A stretch of DNA of 64,000 nt from Hamiltosporidium tvaerminnensis FI-OER-3-3. Taxonomy: Eukaryota > Fungi > Microsporidia. Under the pieces are notes generated by a model, which ran no database searches, had not been told where the DNA came from, and worked only from the letters and a program-made list of their open reading frames with translations. This document shows positions 11,549-24,753 of this stretch, one piece after another; position 1 is the first letter of the stretch, and the number at the start of each line of letters is the position of its first letter. The stretch covers positions 372,001-436,000 of the forward strand of contig CM061249.1 of assembly GCA_022605425.2 (NCBI GenBank), written 5' to 3'. A program made the translations under genes and the position numbers.

Positions 11549-13089
11549 CTTTATCATTCGTAACACAATTAATTGATTTTATTTAAGAAAATATGCTAAA
11601 AATAATCATAGTCTATAAAACGTGACCAAAAACACTCTAAATTAAAAAATAAATATTTTTGCGTCAAATACTGTTATCAAAATGAATCTAAGAAACAATC
11701 AGGGTTATACATACAATAATATATCCAGGAAATGGCAAAATGTTTATTACAACTAAACCCTTCAAAGCGATCAAAAATTAATTTCAGAAAGCATTTGAAA
11801 TCTTATTAAATCGAATAAATGCACGCTTATCTCATTAAATCAAATAAAGAAATTTAATTTTTGTTCTGTGTGCACGTATTTCGAAAAAACAATATAATTT
11901 ATCAGTCTATACAATGAGATTTGCTTCAAATTGATTTATAATATTCATTTATTTTTTATTATCGAGCAAAGTTCGATTGATAGATATGAAATTAGGTGTA
12001 ATTCTCACAATTTTACTTCTTTAAATTAATCAACTTCTGACTTCTTCATGCTTCTTCAACTGTAATTTTGAAAAAAATTAAACAGCAATTTAAATATTCA
12101 AAATGATAAAAAAAAATCATTTTGCTCAAATATAAGATTTATTTGGTTTAATATTTCGGGATTGGGTGTGTCATAAAGGCAAATGAAATGAATCAAATAT
12201 CTCTTTCTATTACAAAATAAAAAATTTAGCCATAGTAAATATAATAGTCAGGTACAGTAGATCATTGGTTGATAAAGTACCTCATTTGGTTTAATTAAAA
12301 GGAAATATTATTCCTGAAGATAAGGGTTAGTCATAGACAGATATATTGCAACATTGACAATCAATTTAGTATAGAAAGCAAGGCAGATTAAAGTTTTGGT
12401 AATTTAAATAATAAATGAGATTATTTCAATTTTCACATAATATTAGGCGGTTATAATTTTTTTTTTCACAATAAATTTGATGTCTTTCATTTAAGCAAGA
12501 TCATATTAGTAAATTTAATATAAAAAGCATCAATAAAAAAAACAGAAAAATCAATTATGATACGGCTATAAATTTTTCGAAAATACAGTATAATACAGAA
12601 GCCCTGGACAAAGCTTTTATCAATTCACAAACTCTTAATTTTACATAAAAATCTAAACTTCGGTTTATTTGAGCAAACCTACCTTACATTTAGATTATAC
12701 TAAATTTATTTAGACGGTAATTTTTTGAAAAAAATTCAAACATCTATGATTACCTTACCCACAAAATTTTAAAATAGAAGTCCGAGAAAGAAATACATAA
12801 CCAATTCTACGGATAGAATTGAAATATTAGTCCATATTAGAAGAAAATCAGCATTAAGATCAAGCTTGGTTATAAAATTTGAGCAGCATACTTGAAATTC
12901 ATAGAAAAATCACGAAAAGACGACAAAGCATACATCTTGTGGATATATAACAGTTAGGGATTCATTGTCTAAAATTATCTAAAAAACTCTCAAAGGCAGG
13001 CACAAGGAAGTGATTCAAGCCAAATTATATATAAATAAAAGATCAATACTTATACAAAATTTGCTACAAAATATTAAAAATTTTACACA

Positions 13090-13275
13090 AGGGAAATTTT
13101 AGGGGCATTTTGCATCGAATTAACCAAAAAAAACATAATCAGGTTTTTGATCATAAATTACGGCTTGTGGTGATTATATAGAATTTTCCAGCACAGAATT
13201 TTACTTGTACCCACTAGAAGAAATACTTTGTATAGGGAAAAAATTATGCGAAAATAATATAGCAATTTGATCAAA
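13090..13275 (+). pseudogene. possible decayed Ty3/gypsy RT relic
   Basis: Frameshifted pieces RGIL...HKLRLVV(DY)...YPLEEIL resemble the start of gypsy RT; very degenerate. Confidence 0.3.
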
Positions 13276-13521
13276 AAATGCATTTAATAATCTACATAAA
13301 AAATCGATAAATGTATAAATTTTAAACCTTTGGCTATATTAAAAATGGGAAGAATGGTTCGTATCTCAAATTATTTTGTTCTGGATTTTCAGATCATTGT
13401 TGGTTAGAAAAAAAGTTAATATAAAATTAGAAATATTTTTTGAATTGTGCAATTTTAATTTTAAAGAATGATATAATTTTTCCAAATTATAAAAATTTCT
13501 AATATTTCGAAAAAAAAAATA

Positions 13522-15272
13522 CACCCTCTGTCCGGAAATATGGTATACATTTTAAAAAAAACCGTAGATTATTGTGAATATAAAAAATAAATAGGCAACC
13601 GTCATGAGATTGTCATAGTAAATATTCATGACAATATAACCTAACATTTTTGACATTATTAATATCATTCTTAGTTAAAAAGTTACCGCTCAAACATCAG
13701 TGTTTCTTAAGGTAAAAAAAATTAGTACCGCTGCAAAACGAATATGGAAAATTTGGAAGGAAATTTGTTAAATTTAGAAAGAAGAGATTCAAAATATAAA
13801 CAGTTAACTAAAGAACAACGTCAAGGTATTTTAAAAAAATTATTACAGCAGATGAAGTATAATAGTTAAAACACGGTGCGATCAACTAAGTTTCTTCTGC
13901 CTTTCAAGTTTCCCGGCTAACTGTTAGCAGAATTTGGCATGCAGCATAAACTCAATACAAAAAAAGGCAAGATATGTGCCGATGTTTCTTCAAAAAAGAA
14001 AAAAAGATGCGGAAGAAAACCTAAAGAATATTCGAACAATTTAGCGCAAATAAGAAAACACTATTAAATCGTCGAGGAACGCTCACAAGTCTTTCCTTTG
14101 CAATTGATATTCCAAAATAAACTTTGTTTGATATATTCAAGTCGGGAAAGTATATGAAGAAAATATCTTCTACAGTTAAACCAACTTTAACAGATAAAAA
14201 TAAAATGGACAGATTGAAATTTTGCTTGTATAAAGTAAATCTTGCTAATAATGGAGATTTGCTTTTTGATGATTTGTACGACTACGTTCACATTGATGAA
14301 AAGTGGTTTTATCTAACTAAAGTTAAGCGCTCTTATTACTTAATGTTAAACGAAGAAAAACCGGAGAGAAACTGCAAAAGTAAGCCATTTATTTCGAAAA
14401 TAATGTTCATGGCTGCAGTAGCTCGACCACGCTATGATGCACATCGAAAGCTTTTTTTGATGGGAAAATTGGAATATGGCTATTTGTTTATCAAGAACCA
14501 GCTCAAAAAAATTCTAAGAATAGGGCTAAAGAACAATGATAAAAAAAATGTGGAATCTGTTACAGCAGTCATTGCAAAAACATGATCATTGATAGTGTAT
14601 TTCCGTAATTAAATCTAAATTTCCGCAAGCATACAAAAAGAAAACAATTTACGTACAACAAAACAATGCAAAACCCCATTTTTCTGATAATGATGCAGAT
14701 ATTGATGCTCTTGGTTCTGCTGATGACTGGAATATTAAATTTAAGGCGCAACCGGCAAATAGCCCCGATTTAAATGTTCTTGATTTAGGTTTTTTCAACT
14801 CCATACAATCGCTGCAACATGAAGCTTCGCCACACACAATTGACGAATTAATAAATTGTGTTCAAGATGCATTTCATCAATTAGAAGCGAATACTCTCGA
14901 TAACGTTTTTACAACATTGCAAGCATGTATGGAGTCAATTATGCTAGCAGATGGTGGAAATGGTTATAAAATACCTCATTTAAGTAAAGTAAAACTTCGT
15001 CGCGAAGGTCGACTGCTAGAAAAATATGTATGTTCCAAAGAAGAATACGTTAAAGCCAAATCAAATTTTGAGTGAATTATTAATTTTAATATATATTTTT
15101 TTAAATCGTTATTTAATATTTACATTAATATTTATTTAATGTTCGAAATAAAGGTAATATAATAAACTTGTCCTTACCTTTTTTATTTTATTTTATTTTT
15201 TTCGCAAATGTATACCATATTTCCGGACAAAAAAATCGCTAAAATGTATACCATATTTCCGGACAGAGGGAG
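13522..15272 (+). mobile_element. Tc1/mariner DNA transposon, plant-type DD39D, complete termini
   Basis: 32-bp TIRs C(A/T)CCCTCTGTCCGGAAATATGGTATACATTTT at 13522-13553 and 15241-15272 (1 mismatch), each flanked by TA (13520-13521, 15273-15274). The terminus resembles the Stowaway/plant mariner CTCCCTCCGT. Confidence 0.95.
13744..15075 (+). pseudogene. DD39D mariner transposase pseudogene
   Basis: VHIDEKWFY...KIMFMAAVARPRYD, then YVQQNNAKPH and QPANSPDLNVLDLGFF with 39 residues between catalytic positions 2 and 3. The second Asp is mutated to Asn (AAC 14662-14664), and there are several stops and frameshifts. Confidence 0.93.
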
Positions 15273-15312
15273 TAATAAATAAGATAGAATTTCAGTACAT
15301 TATACTTGCTAG

Positions 15313-15559
15313 AGTAAAGCATGTTCCCCACTGTGCCGAGAGAAGAATTGGCTTGGTGTATTTTCGGCTTATTGTAAGAGACAAATAAATGGGCTGGTCT
15401 TCCGGGTTTGGCGTACGGCTGACAACCCACCTTTAAAATTCCTTTGTTAAGAAACCCGAAAATATAAACAAGCACACTGGAAAAAGATCGGTAACTGTAT
15501 TACTGAGGGCAGCCAAGTCTCGTAGGGGGCTGTAGCGCTGACGATGAAAGTAAAGCATG
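15313..15559. other. GC-rich ~225-bp foldback island between 11-bp direct repeats (candidate structured ncRNA or small inserted element)
   Basis: AGTAAAGCATG at 15313-15323 and 15549-15559; nested complementary segments such as GCTTGGTGTATTTTCGG / CCGAAAATATAAACAAGC and TGGGCTGGTC / GACAACCCA. Confidence 0.55.
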
Positions 15560-15604
15560 AACAAAAAAAACATGAAAATAAAACTTATTAAAGATATATT
15601 TTAC

Positions 15605-17923
15605 TCAAATAACATATATTTCGTGTTGATTATTACCAAAAATCTCTTTAAATTTGTGCTTTTCAGACCATAACAATTGGTGGAATCCGATTTCTATATT
15701 TAGTTTAGAGGAATAAAATCTGACAAATCTAAACAGATCAACATAATCAAAAAAGCGATACTTTGTCTGAATACTTAGACTTCTTAACTTTCTGAGTCTT
15801 GATAAGAATATAATATCGCACTTTCGTATAGTAATGTTTATCGAAGTTAATATTTCGATTGTACATTCTTCGTTTTTATCAAATAGCTCCGAAAAGGATA
15901 TTTGGTAGAAGTCACATTCAAAAATATGCAAGTAATGCATTTTTTTATAATTTACAATCGATTTTCTATCTTTAAACCCTATTTTGAAATATTCAAGTTG
16001 TAATTTTTCAATATTCAACATTTTTTCGTTTCCAAATAATTCACTTAGCGAACCTCCTTTTGATCTAAAACTAACATTTAGATCAATAATAGAGTCATTA
16101 TTTAAAAAATCCAAAAAACCCGAATCGCAAGTGCCTTCTTCGCTGAAATGAAATTTTTCTAGCAAACTTAGCTTGATCATATTATTTTCAAATATTTTTA
16201 TAAAGAAATAGGTGTCTATATTTGAGAGAAGAGTTAAATTTTTTAATTTCGGCATCGAATTGATAAATTCGAATATTCTATCCTGATTTTCGAGCACACA
16301 GCCAATGATAGAAAGTTCGTTCATCAATAAATGCTTATGATAGTTTGTTGTATGTTTTGGAAATGTAATTGTCGAGTCAGTGACCACAATAGTTTCTAAA
16401 TTTGATAACAGCAAAACCTCAGATAAAAACTTGCTAGATAATTTCGCTCTATGAATTTGAAAACCTTTAAGATTTTTACTTATATATAAGCTCTCAAAAT
16501 ATATTCGATCGACATAGATATTATATATATGCATCTCAATTTTACGAATTTTAGAACGGTCAAGAATGTTAACTTTAAATTCTATATTCGAAAAATAAAT
16601 AGTTATGGTATCTGACAAATATATTTGATAGTTTTCAGAATCAAATTCTTCCTGTGAAATAAAAATTTTATTTGTAGAATCTATTGAATGCATATTTATA
16701 GGCGCGATATTAATTGATTTATTATTGTTAGTAATTTTTAAAAACCTTGAAGTGAGTTTTTGATCTTCTATTATTTCCATATAGAATAGTGAAACTAGAT
16801 TTTTGATAAATGTATATGATTTATCGGAAAAAACCTTGTATTCACCATAAGAATGAAACAAATATATATCTCTCAAACATGTGAAATTCTTAAAATAATT
16901 TTCTTTAAATGAAGTAAACTGGCAGTAGAAGAAAAATAATGTCTTTACGTTTTTAAAAGCCAAATTTTGGAAAGTACGTTTTAAAAGTTCCATGTCCTTC
17001 CAAGCCCAAAAACAAAGCTCCGAAGTAGATGTATAAGGTTTGAATAAAAATGAATTTAAAATATGATTATTATTTTCACCACAATACGAAACCATTCTTA
17101 GAGGTCGAAATAATAGAAAAAATATTCTGAGCCCAATCTTAAACTCTCGATTATATTGCATCTGTCTGTCTATCTCAACAAGAAATTTCGAGGTGATTTG
17201 AACGAATTGTTTTTTTGAACAAAAATCTTTATCAAAATTATCTTTTATTATTTTTTTTATTAATTGTGGAGATGTTTTTCCAAATATTGAGTTCACATCA
17301 AAGAAATAAATTGAGCAAAATTCATACAAAATACTTTTGCATATTGATGATGATGGTGTAATACTCTTTAATACTTTACTATTAGTACAATAACACCGAT
17401 TGTTGTAAATAGTAGATACCAAAACAATTCGAATAAATTGATGAAATATTTTATCCTTTTTAAATTTAAAAACATCAAGTATATGTATGATTAAGACACA
17501 ATCATCTATTCTAAAATTTTCTTTGCAGTCATTAAATGCTTGTAATGACTTTAAAAAATATCTAAATTCATTGTAAGTTAGAATATTTGTATTTATAAAA
17601 ATTATTCTGTCGGCTATTTCCTCGCCTTCGAGCTTGAAAGTTAACGGAGACATATCACAATCTCTAATCACTAATTTTGTACATTCCATACATTCTTTAT
17701 GTCGATAACAATTATATTTTCGTTTGACAAGCTTAGAAAAAGAAGTTTCGAATTCATTATGGCGTTCTGTATTCGCTTCTACCTCATGTATTTCTGTATA
17801 AAAATGTAAAATAATTTGTTTTTCTAGTTTTAAAGCTTCGACCCAGAAAATTAAAGCAAATAAGTATACTGCATGGAATCTTGGCGCAATCATTAGAAAA
17901 TAATTTTGTAATTTTACCTTCAT
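15605..17923 (-). CDS. secreted leucine-rich-repeat-like protein, 772 aa
   Basis: Signal-peptide-like VYLFALIFWVEA; degenerate LRR units (LxNLETIVV, MPKLKNLTL, LRKLRSLSI); CCCTA directly before the ATG. Confidence 0.8.
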   Translation of the reverse strand: MKVKLQNYFLMIAPRFHAVYLFALIFWVEALKLEKQIILHFYTEIHEVEANTERHNEFETSFSKLVKRKYNCYRHKECMECTKLVIRDCDMSPLTFKLEGEEIADRIIFINTNILTYNEFRYFLKSLQAFNDCKENFRIDDCVLIIHILDVFKFKKDKIFHQFIRIVLVSTIYNNRCYCTNSKVLKSITPSSSICKSILYEFCSIYFFDVNSIFGKTSPQLIKKIIKDNFDKDFCSKKQFVQITSKFLVEIDRQMQYNREFKIGLRIFFLLFRPLRMVSYCGENNNHILNSFLFKPYTSTSELCFWAWKDMELLKRTFQNLAFKNVKTLFFFYCQFTSFKENYFKNFTCLRDIYLFHSYGEYKVFSDKSYTFIKNLVSLFYMEIIEDQKLTSRFLKITNNNKSINIAPINMHSIDSTNKIFISQEEFDSENYQIYLSDTITIYFSNIEFKVNILDRSKIRKIEMHIYNIYVDRIYFESLYISKNLKGFQIHRAKLSSKFLSEVLLLSNLETIVVTDSTITFPKHTTNYHKHLLMNELSIIGCVLENQDRIFEFINSMPKLKNLTLLSNIDTYFFIKIFENNMIKLSLLEKFHFSEEGTCDSGFLDFLNNDSIIDLNVSFRSKGGSLSELFGNEKMLNIEKLQLEYFKIGFKDRKSIVNYKKMHYLHIFECDFYQISFSELFDKNEECTIEILTSINITIRKCDIIFLSRLRKLRSLSIQTKYRFFDYVDLFRFVRFYSSKLNIEIGFHQLLWSEKHKFKEIFGNNQHEIYVI

Positions 17924-19413
17924 TAGGGATTTGAATACAAATTAAATTTAAATAATAATTAAGATTAAAATTTCTAAGATAATTAGATTGTTTAGTTGTA
18001 ATATTTTTTTTTATCTAAAATCATGATAAAAAAGTAAAAACATATAACATTCATTTTTATAATTTGATCCTACACGAAATATAGAAAATAAATCATTATT
18101 TAATCTCATATAACATTCAAATATTGTAGTGAACGGATAAAGATAATCAAACAAAACATACTCAAAAAATTATATTCAATAAAAAACTCAGTTCATGTAA
18201 CGAAATGAATACTTGTAATCATTTATATAGTCTAAGATTGCGATCCATCGACAAAGAATTGCGTAACAATATCAAATTAATTTAAAAAAAAAACAAAACG
18301 ACAATAGCAGTCTTCCGATTACGAATATGAATCTTTTATTTGTTCATAAATCTTATACAACCAATAATAGTGTGTAGATTTAAACACGAAACCCCCCCCA
18401 AAAAAAAAAATCGTTAATTGGTTCAAAATAATATCCAGGTCGTATACTGTTCAAAAAAACTTCTGGTTATGGTAAAGATTAATAATAGAATTCCTATATA
18501 TTTTGCTTTTTAACGTAAAATATAAAGTTTTATTTTTTACATTTCTTTTGAGCCGCTTTTTTCAAATAAATCAATCTAAATAAAATCAATGTAAAGAAGC
18601 CTTCTCTGATGTATTTTTTTCTATTTACAATAATTACTTCATCAAACAATTTTAAATAATTATACTTGATTAAATTACAATTTGATTGATAAAGACAAGC
18701 GGTAATTTTGACAACAAATAGATTACCTAATACAGCATAGTCTAATAAAACGTTTCAAGAGAATAAGTGATAACGAGAAAAAAGATAGAATTTGGTAAAA
18801 TTGGTAGAAAATATAACAGAATAAGCAGAAAACGGACCCAAAGCACAAAAAAAATCAACAAAAAAAAATGATAAAAATTGCTAATTAAAAAGAAGCTGAT
18901 TTTGGGAGAAATATTTAAAGACTATCATAATAGAGATGTGAAAGACTGAAAAAATATACAAGAAAATCTAATAGGTGAGGAAATAAAGTGCAAAATGTGA
19001 ACATTAATAAATTACAAGTTTGGCTTTTGAAGTTTTAAAAGATAATCTACTTTGTTTTTTTTTTTGAATTTTAAATTAAGTTTGTTGCCACGAGCCAAGC
19101 TGTAGTAAGTATATAAATAGTATATTTCATACCCCTAAGAAGGATAGGAAATAACAATAAAATACCTGGATAAATATATCATGTTGTTTTAATATTTTTA
19201 GAAGACCGATACACATCATTAAGCTTATATAAATTAAAGAAGAATAAGAATGAGCCTTTTCTAAGTCATATTTTTCATTGAAAGACTATTGTGTATAATT
19301 GCGAACGAAAAGAATTATTCGTTGCCGAAAATTTAAATTTAAAAATGTTGATTGGATTAGTTCCCAGAATAAAAAAATAATTTTTACTATTCTAAAAATA
19401 GTGTCTCATAGAA

Positions 19414-19480
19414 ACTCGCAGCAACAGGCCGGACATTACTTGCCCCTGCCTCGCCTCATTTTTTTAGACTAGGTGTTCTA
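19414..19480 (+). repeat. isolated internal fragment of the long structured repeat
   Basis: GCAAC...GGACATTA...CTGCCTCGCCT...TAGG..TTCTA matches 61895-61946 (GCAACGGACATTTA...CTGCCTCGCCT...TAGGTTCTA). Confidence 0.6.
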
Positions 19481-22164
19481 TTAAATAAACTAAGACAATA
19501 AATGACAATAAATAGCTTTTTCAAAGAAAAGTAGATAAAGTATTCAAATATGAAGTAGAATGCAAATAAAATTTATTTATTTTTCAACATTTTTGATAAT
19601 CAGAATTTTTTTTAATATTTAAAATCTCCAAACTGCAATCACATTATTTAGTGGCATAATTCAATATAATAAAATTGATACCGTTGAGATTTTTTCCAAA
19701 AATTTCTTGAAACTGTAATTCTAGTTTACCAATAGCAATTATACATAAAGATTATAAGTTCCTATCTGATTATCTAGATTTGTGAACATAATCTCGTTAC
19801 TTTGATTTAAGGGAATGTTTATTCACATATAAATGTAGAGCCGATGGCGAAATTACAAACCAAGCAAACCCATAAAAGTGATAGAAGTATGTAGTTGGAA
19901 AACTCTTATAAAATTTCAGAAATGATAATTCGAATATATTTATTTTTAAAGATAATCAAATTGCTTATCTATTATTTCTGATCGAAATTTCGGTGGTGTG
20001 CTTCGATATTGGCAGTCAAAATATTTTGCTAAATTAAATATCTTTTGCCACTGTATCGTATCAGAAAAACAAAAATCAGAATATTTTTAAAGTATCTAAA
20101 ATTTAAATTTAAAACTCTATTTGAGATGGTGCCTTTGTATATCCTTAAAATTTTGGCAGGTATTAGGCGAGAAACATTCTTATATATATTTGGATAAAAA
20201 AATGATTTACATTGAGAGTATTGTTTAGGCATCATCTGTGCTTCCCTGTAATTTTAAATTAAATTCGCGTTTTGGATTAATTCGGTAAAAAAAAAGAACA
20301 TTCACATAGTTTATTGCTTCTAGACACAGAAAAGTGACTTCTTCCTTTAATTCTAAATAATCAACGACTGTTCTAAATTTCTAAATCTGTTAAGACACTT
20401 TTCCAGTCCTGAGCCAGCGCTTTCCAGAAAAACATGAGGAACTATTCCTTTGGATTCTTTATTAAACACATAGAAGAGACAATTATAAGGACTACATTCC
20501 TTTTTATAGTTAACAAGGGATATGGTTTGTTTTAAAACGTAGTAACCCCCAAGAATTTCTCATACAACGACTGATAAGGAATAATACAACGTATTATCAA
20601 GGGATGCTAATCACTTGATTTAAATGATCCTTTATACAAGATCAATAACACATCTGAGTATTCAAATAATAGGCATTCCGACATCGGTTGTAACACAATT
20701 TGAGAATCTATCGGGTATTGTTTCTGTTAACTGATTTTCGACCTCTTATATAACATCTAGGCAAATCTTCGCACCTTTAATATTAAGAAAGTACAAACTA
20801 TATGCATATACTTCAGAAATTTGGCAATTCCTAGAGTAAAAAGCAACCCCTGAGCTATATATGAACATAATTAAACACATTTGGAGTGAAAGAAAACCTT
20901 TATACGTATTTGTTTTTGGCGGGGAATTGTATAATTATATTATCCTAAATATCCTCTCTCTTTTACTGCCTTTTTCAGCAGAAGAACTGATTTTTTTTTT
21001 GAATGTATTAACTAGACTCGTTTCTAATACTACAGAATTGCAAAAAAATTATTTACTACTGTCTCTTAAACGAATTAAGAATTTCCTCAAAAAATTAGCG
21101 AAGTTAAAACTAGCTCGGGTTGCTGCTTTTTGTCTAGTATTTTTTTTAACCAAAATTTACTGGGATTTAAAGCTGCATATTATCGTTTTAATTTTTTTAT
21201 TCCTAAACTTATACTATATTTCTTGTAATTCTGAAATTTTTAGTATCGTAATGACATTCTAATTGTATTAGTGAAGAACATATATTGTTTCGCTGCAAAT
21301 ATACATATTATCTCATAAACTTACTTAATTTAAAAATAAAGATCGCCCGTTTGCACTTTGAACGTTTTAATTCACTATAAATCTTTATTTTTGTGTCTAT
21401 ATTCATATCTGTGCAAATTATGAGAATTAAGGATGAAATCTAATATGTTTAACAGTAAAATTCCAAAACTTAGAATGGAATTAAGGAGTTCATTATTACA
21501 GCAGAAGAGTAGGAAATAAAAAAACGCAATGTTTTAATAGTGAGATATTTTTTTTTCTATGAGAATATAGGAGGTTTAAGTTTTTTGTAATTATTTGAAC
21601 CTAAAAAATCCTATTCGGGGCAAAGTAAAGATAAGAGGGCAGTTAAATCACAAAGACCGAATGATTTCTATTTTCTATAATTAGACAACATTTTTGAATG
21701 AAAAGATATAACCAGGTAGTATAATGATCGGGACATCCAACTCTCGGTTGGGAAGCTATAAGCTCTATTCTACGTAACAAGATGATCTCTATCCCCTCTT
21801 ATCTATAAACTAGTTTGTATCGATGGGACATAATTTATTTAGAACCGTTCAGCCTGATGAGTATTTGGCGGGTTTCTAGTTAATAATACAAATTTGAGAT
21901 GGCTATTTCAATGCTATTAAGAAATTGCTCTCTAACTCAATAATAAAGAATACAATTCATATAATGTAGCTTATATTCGTTTAAACGGATCAAATAGTAA
22001 CTATTTAATTAAATCTGTTTTAAATTTCCTGTTTGATATGTATGTACTATGCAATGATAAGATTATAGTATATTATCTTTTTGAATTAAGCGTTTTATTG
22101 AATGTAAACTCTTCTATAAATTTATTTTTACTTCATATTTTCAAATATTATACTTTCAATTTGG

Positions 22165-22878
22165 GATTTTAAAAAGACTAAATATTTTAAAACAAATGTC
22201 TATGTTTTATTTTTCTTAGTATATTATCGCGTTTTGGTGATTAAAATAGATAACTGCACCCTGATATTACATCTATAATCCCTAAAATATCCTCATAGCA
22301 AATATTAGCTTAAAATAGCATGTAGAACTCATCTAAATGACGAAGAAGTTTCCTGGTGTGCGCCGATGTCGATTGCTTCGAATGTTATCGCAGGTTGAAG
22401 TTCGTTTAAAGATTCCATAAGATCAGCGAAATTTCACTCGCTCAGCATTTTCCGATAAGAATATACTTTTGCTTATAAGATATCCACGAGACTCATATTG
22501 GGTTTATCAAGACCCCGCAATGGCAAACTAACCCAAATAATTCGCCTCTTGACAGTTTTATGTTTTAAACAGTATGTTTTTTGCATTTACAGGCGTTAAG
22601 TATTCTTAACGAAGGAGTAAAGCAAGGATTTCATGCTTATACACATTTCATGTAAAATTCCAGCCGTTTTTCCCCATCTAGTTACATTTATACCACAAGG
22701 CGAGTTTGTAGGGAAGTTAGATATTTTTTAGATTTTCTCTTCTAAATACAACCTCACGAGAAATAACCGAAGATCTTTTTAGGTTTTAATTTCACTCACG
22801 GTTCCAAAAATAATTGTCACTCGAATTCACAAATCATTGCCAAGCCGAATGTTTTTAAACTAATTATTCTATTTCCCC
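22165..22878 (-). repeat. long structured dispersed repeat, degenerate copy
   Basis: Colinear blocks AATCATTGCCAAGC, AACCGAAGAT, CAGGCGTTAAGT...AGCAAGG, TAAGATAT...GAGACT and ATAACTGC match the reverse complement of 61382-62109. Confidence 0.8.
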
Positions 22879-24753
22879 TAAATTTACTGACAGAATATAT
22901 ATTATAAAATTAATTATTAAGACACAATCGATTTTTTATAAATTCTATTGAAAAATTGTAACATTTCATTTTAAAAAGAACTCTTCTAAAGCGTTTTTAT
23001 AAATACACATGAGTTTTTGCCACCTCGTTAAAAATTTTTTGAATTCTCGGTACCGACTATATTTTATAAATGGAAAAAACATTATTTTATCGCTTTAGTA
23101 GATATTAAGTTTTTGATCAAATCAAAGATTATATTGTTTTTGATGTTTAATGAGGCACGAATTGTCTTAAATAACAAAAATCTGAAAATTAGCTACGCGA
23201 AATTTTCTATTTGAACAAACTTAAACTAATAGAGTATGAATCCCAATCCAAATTCTGTAATAGCACACTTGAAATGTTTTTTGGAAAATTCTAAGTTATT
23301 ACCACCAAAAAAGAGCAATGATAAGCCATTAAATGATATCCCAGTATAGACGTGTCGTGAAAACAACTATATTTGGGCCAATACGAATTATATCTGAATT
23401 TTAAAAAAACACGCGATCAAATAACAAGACTTTTAAATACAAAAATTTATAAAGCTACAAATGCAAAAACTCTACTAATTTTGTAGTAGCTATTTATCTC
23501 TTGTACGATTTATCTCGAAAATATGAATAAAATAAATAAAAAGTTGAAAAAGAATGTTATTTATACATCAAGAAAAGGAGTTTATCCTAAGATTGAAAGC
23601 TATTCTATATGCAGAATATACATTAAAAAATCAACAAGAAATTTGGATATATTTTTGCAAATGATAACACAAAGTTAATAAACCAACTTTAAAATGTACT
23701 TTTACAATCATTTTTTTACTATATATTTTGATTTTAAAAAAACACAAAAATTATTCTCTTCAGAAATACTTTTAAATTTTTTATAAAAACTAATATTATC
23801 ATTTACAATTGAAAGGCGCCGAAAGCTAGATTATAAGATTTTTTAAACCTTTTTGAGAATGTAAAGCTGTATAATAATGAGTGAAAGGTGAATATATAAC
23901 TTTAATACAAATAATATGAGTTGTTATATATTTTGTAGTTTAATATTTATTTGTCTGAGTATTTTCAAAACCAAAAAAATATAACAAAAACATATCTTTC
24001 AAATTCGAAGAGACCAATTAGAATAAAGCATTTAATAATCCAGAAGTACTCAAAAAACTGTCAAAATTTTAATTTTTGGCTGATGAAAAACCAAATTACA
24101 AATTAAAATCTGAAGGATAGTTACGCTTAAAAAATAAAATAACATAAAAGATCTTGTGATATTACGATTTTTATTTTTAAAATTTATATATATCAAAGAA
24201 AAAATAAATTTCATGAAAACGCTTAAAATATTTAACAAGATGTTTTAGATACATTACCCAGGCCTAAAGCTTCATAACAAATTCGAACTAATATAGAATC
24301 TTTCAAAATAATTTTGACTTAGAAATATCAATTAAATAATACCATAAAAAGTAATATTATTTAAAATTTGTTCGATTATCAATAAATATTATTATGCAGA
24401 TAGCTAACTTTATCGAAAAAAAGCAACGAAGATTATATATTTCAAACCAAAAGACAGAATAATTTTTGTATAAATTTTTATACCGTATTTATTTTTAAAA
24501 TTAAAGAACATGTTTTTTTGAATTCTAGATTCGCAAATTTTTTCAATCTGAAGAAAAAATAGAAGATTCAATGTAATTTTTCAAAAAGTAAATTAAATTT
24601 ATTTGTAATTAATTATCTAATTGTTTTTCAAAATACTTTTATATGCCAGCACATGCAAGGACTAGTTCTAAAATACTTTTTCCTACCCAAATAACTCTAC
24701 CGCCTTTTCTATCAAACCAAAAAATATAAAGGCTAACGCTAAAATTTCAATTA

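Noticed and set aside
13638-13646. TAACCTAAC as a TTAGG telomerase template
   Set aside because: It lies inside the mariner 5' region in AT-rich DNA with no structure; a chance match.
15536-15550. CTGACGA-T-GAAA (and CTGATGA near 21854) as hammerhead ribozyme cores
   Set aside because: There is no stem II between the boxes and no supporting stems I/III.
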